A program made the translations under genes and the position numbers. A stretch of 44,071 nt of DNA from an uncultured Spirochaetia bacterium (GTDB taxonomy: Bacteria; Spirochaetota; JAHITG01; CAYQNP01): contig CAYQNP010000040.1 of NCBI GenBank assembly GCA_964418785.1, positions 1-44,071 on the forward strand, read 5' to 3'. Position 1 is the stretch's first letter, and the number at the start of each line of letters is the position of its first letter. Shown one piece after another: positions 43,154 through 44,071 of the stretch. Below the pieces are notes generated by a model. It had not been told where the DNA came from, searched no databases, and worked only from the letters and a program-made list of their open reading frames with translations.

Positions 43154-44071
43154 TTATTTTATGACAACATTATAATACAATGTCAGACCATCTTCGTCCG
43201 AGCCGACTACACTTTTTCTCCACCTAATCCATTTAACTTTCAGTTTATCTACCGGATTCCCTGTAACATAATCTGAAGAATCAAATGACTGATCAGGATT
43301 ATCATTAGTTGAATATTCAAAAATCCAATTAGTAGCACTGCCGGGGACATTGGAAAAAAAAGATACAATGGAAGTTACTTTATCATATATAACAACATTC
43401 TTAGCAGGCCAGCGGCCTATATTTGAATAGACAATTTTATATGATATTGTAGCACCGGGAATCGGCTTGATATTAACTTTATTCAAAGTTATATTATCCA
43501 CTTCTTTTATAATTGCAATTTCTGTGGTTAATACAATCGTAACATTAGTTACTTTAGAATACCAGCTCTCATTTGTAAAATTATAATTATCCAATGCTGT
43601 TACAGTATAGTACCAGGTTCCCTCACCCGGGAAATCAAAAAAATTGGTTTTATTAACATCTGTTATATTGGTTATAACATTATTGCGTGTAAGATTAGTT
43701 GTACCCGGTACTTGAGACCTATATATGCTGTATCTGACAAAATCAGGAGTTGTACTTTTATTCCACTGAAGTTTTACTGTTTCTTCACTAACAGAAGATA
43801 AAAGCTGAGGAATTTTAGCAGGTGCCTTAATATCTGCCGGAACAAGTAACTTAAATGGTCCGAATAACCTATACGGAGTAAAATTACTATATCCTGAAAG
43901 TCCTGAAATATTACTCTGAATAGATGCAGCAACTGTACTTCCCCACCAGTTATTACTCATTGAAATAGAACCGCCTGATATGTTAGAAAAGCACAAAATA
44001 TTATTAGGGTACAAATTATTCTCTGTTAAACTTTCAAAACTACCTTCACTCCGAACCATACCATAATTATT
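43154..44071 (-). CDS. large surface protein fragment (beta-helix end, FN3-like and DUF11-like domains); 5' end is outside the window
   Basis: The frame is open to the window end (..NNYGMVRSEGS..). NNWWGS is typical of the end of right-handed beta-helix (NosD-like) repeats. ..VKLQWNKSTTPDFVRYSIYRS..WYYTVTALD.. is FN3-like. ..IIKEVDNITLNKVNIKPIPGATISYKIVYSNIG..AKNVVIYDKV.. is DUF11-like. Confidence 0.6.
   Translation of the reverse strand, partial: NNYGMVRSEGSFESLTENNLYPNNILCFSNISGGSISMSNNWWGSTVAASIQSNISGLSGYSNFTPYRLFGPFKLLVPADIKAPAKIPQLLSSVSEETVKLQWNKSTTPDFVRYSIYRSQVPGTTNLTRNNVITNITDVNKTNFFDFPGEGTWYYTVTALDNYNFTNESWYSKVTNVTIVLTTEIAIIKEVDNITLNKVNIKPIPGATISYKIVYSNIGRWPAKNVVIYDKVTSIVSFFSNVPGSATNWIFEYSTNDNPDQSFDSSDYVTGNPVDKLKVKWIRWRKSVVGSDEDGLTLYYNVVIK

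Noticed and set aside
1-44071. Prophage, genomic island, defence system, tRNA or rRNA genes
   Set aside because: I found no integrase, transposase, phage structural, restriction-modification, Cas, reverse-transcriptase or toxin-antitoxin-like genes. I saw no tRNA-like T-arm (GGTTCGAATCC-type) sequence outside coding regions. Gene content and composition are uniform apart from the interval at 31.5-32.1 kb.

Overview
This is an AT-rich bacterial chromosomal window from a diderm organism, shown by LptD and an SLH/Omp-alpha-like tether. I cannot assign a lineage from sequence alone. It is densely packed with about 43 protein genes, mostly housekeeping and cell-envelope functions, in long co-directional and often overlapping operons.

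Gene blocks, in order:
- glgP, which is truncated at the window edge and missing from the ORF track
- DUF190-crcB, a frame-broken LPP20-like gene, NUDIX, BCCP and an aminotransferase
- a competence module: comEA, an oversized comEC, and two small unknown genes
- an ArsR / membrane protein / TPR / MFS operon
- an envelope-glycan cluster: PAP2, DUF2723 GT-C, TagA-type GT26, DegT, GT2 and MATE
- one long minus-strand operon: csgG-like, lipoprotein, TPR, glyQ, MshEN-like, proS, SLH protein, lptD
- an APC permease fused to a PTS-EIIA-like domain
- a small unlisted YjfB-like ORF, then apbE carrying one in-frame TAA
- gcvT-H-PA-PB
- an M16 peptidase, a GT4, a CPBP protease and a truncated beta-helix/FN3/DUF11 surface protein

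I found no rRNA, tRNA, CRISPR array, integrase, transposase or recognisable defence genes. I also could not find a convincing self-contained novel multi-gene system.

The observations most worth a second look are:
- a 632-nt relatively G+C-rich intergenic region (31478-32109) made of nested direct and inverted repeats and small hairpin boxes
- a 1322-aa ComEC with two tandem metallo-beta-lactamase-like modules that appear to have lost their metal ligands
- four consensus promoters placed so the transcript would start at the ATG (leaderless)
- a stand-alone MshEN-type (c-di-GMP-binding type) mini-protein
- two otherwise intact genes broken by a single lesion: an A10 tract in one and a TAA codon in the other

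All domain calls come from motif recognition by eye. Domain boundaries are approximate.
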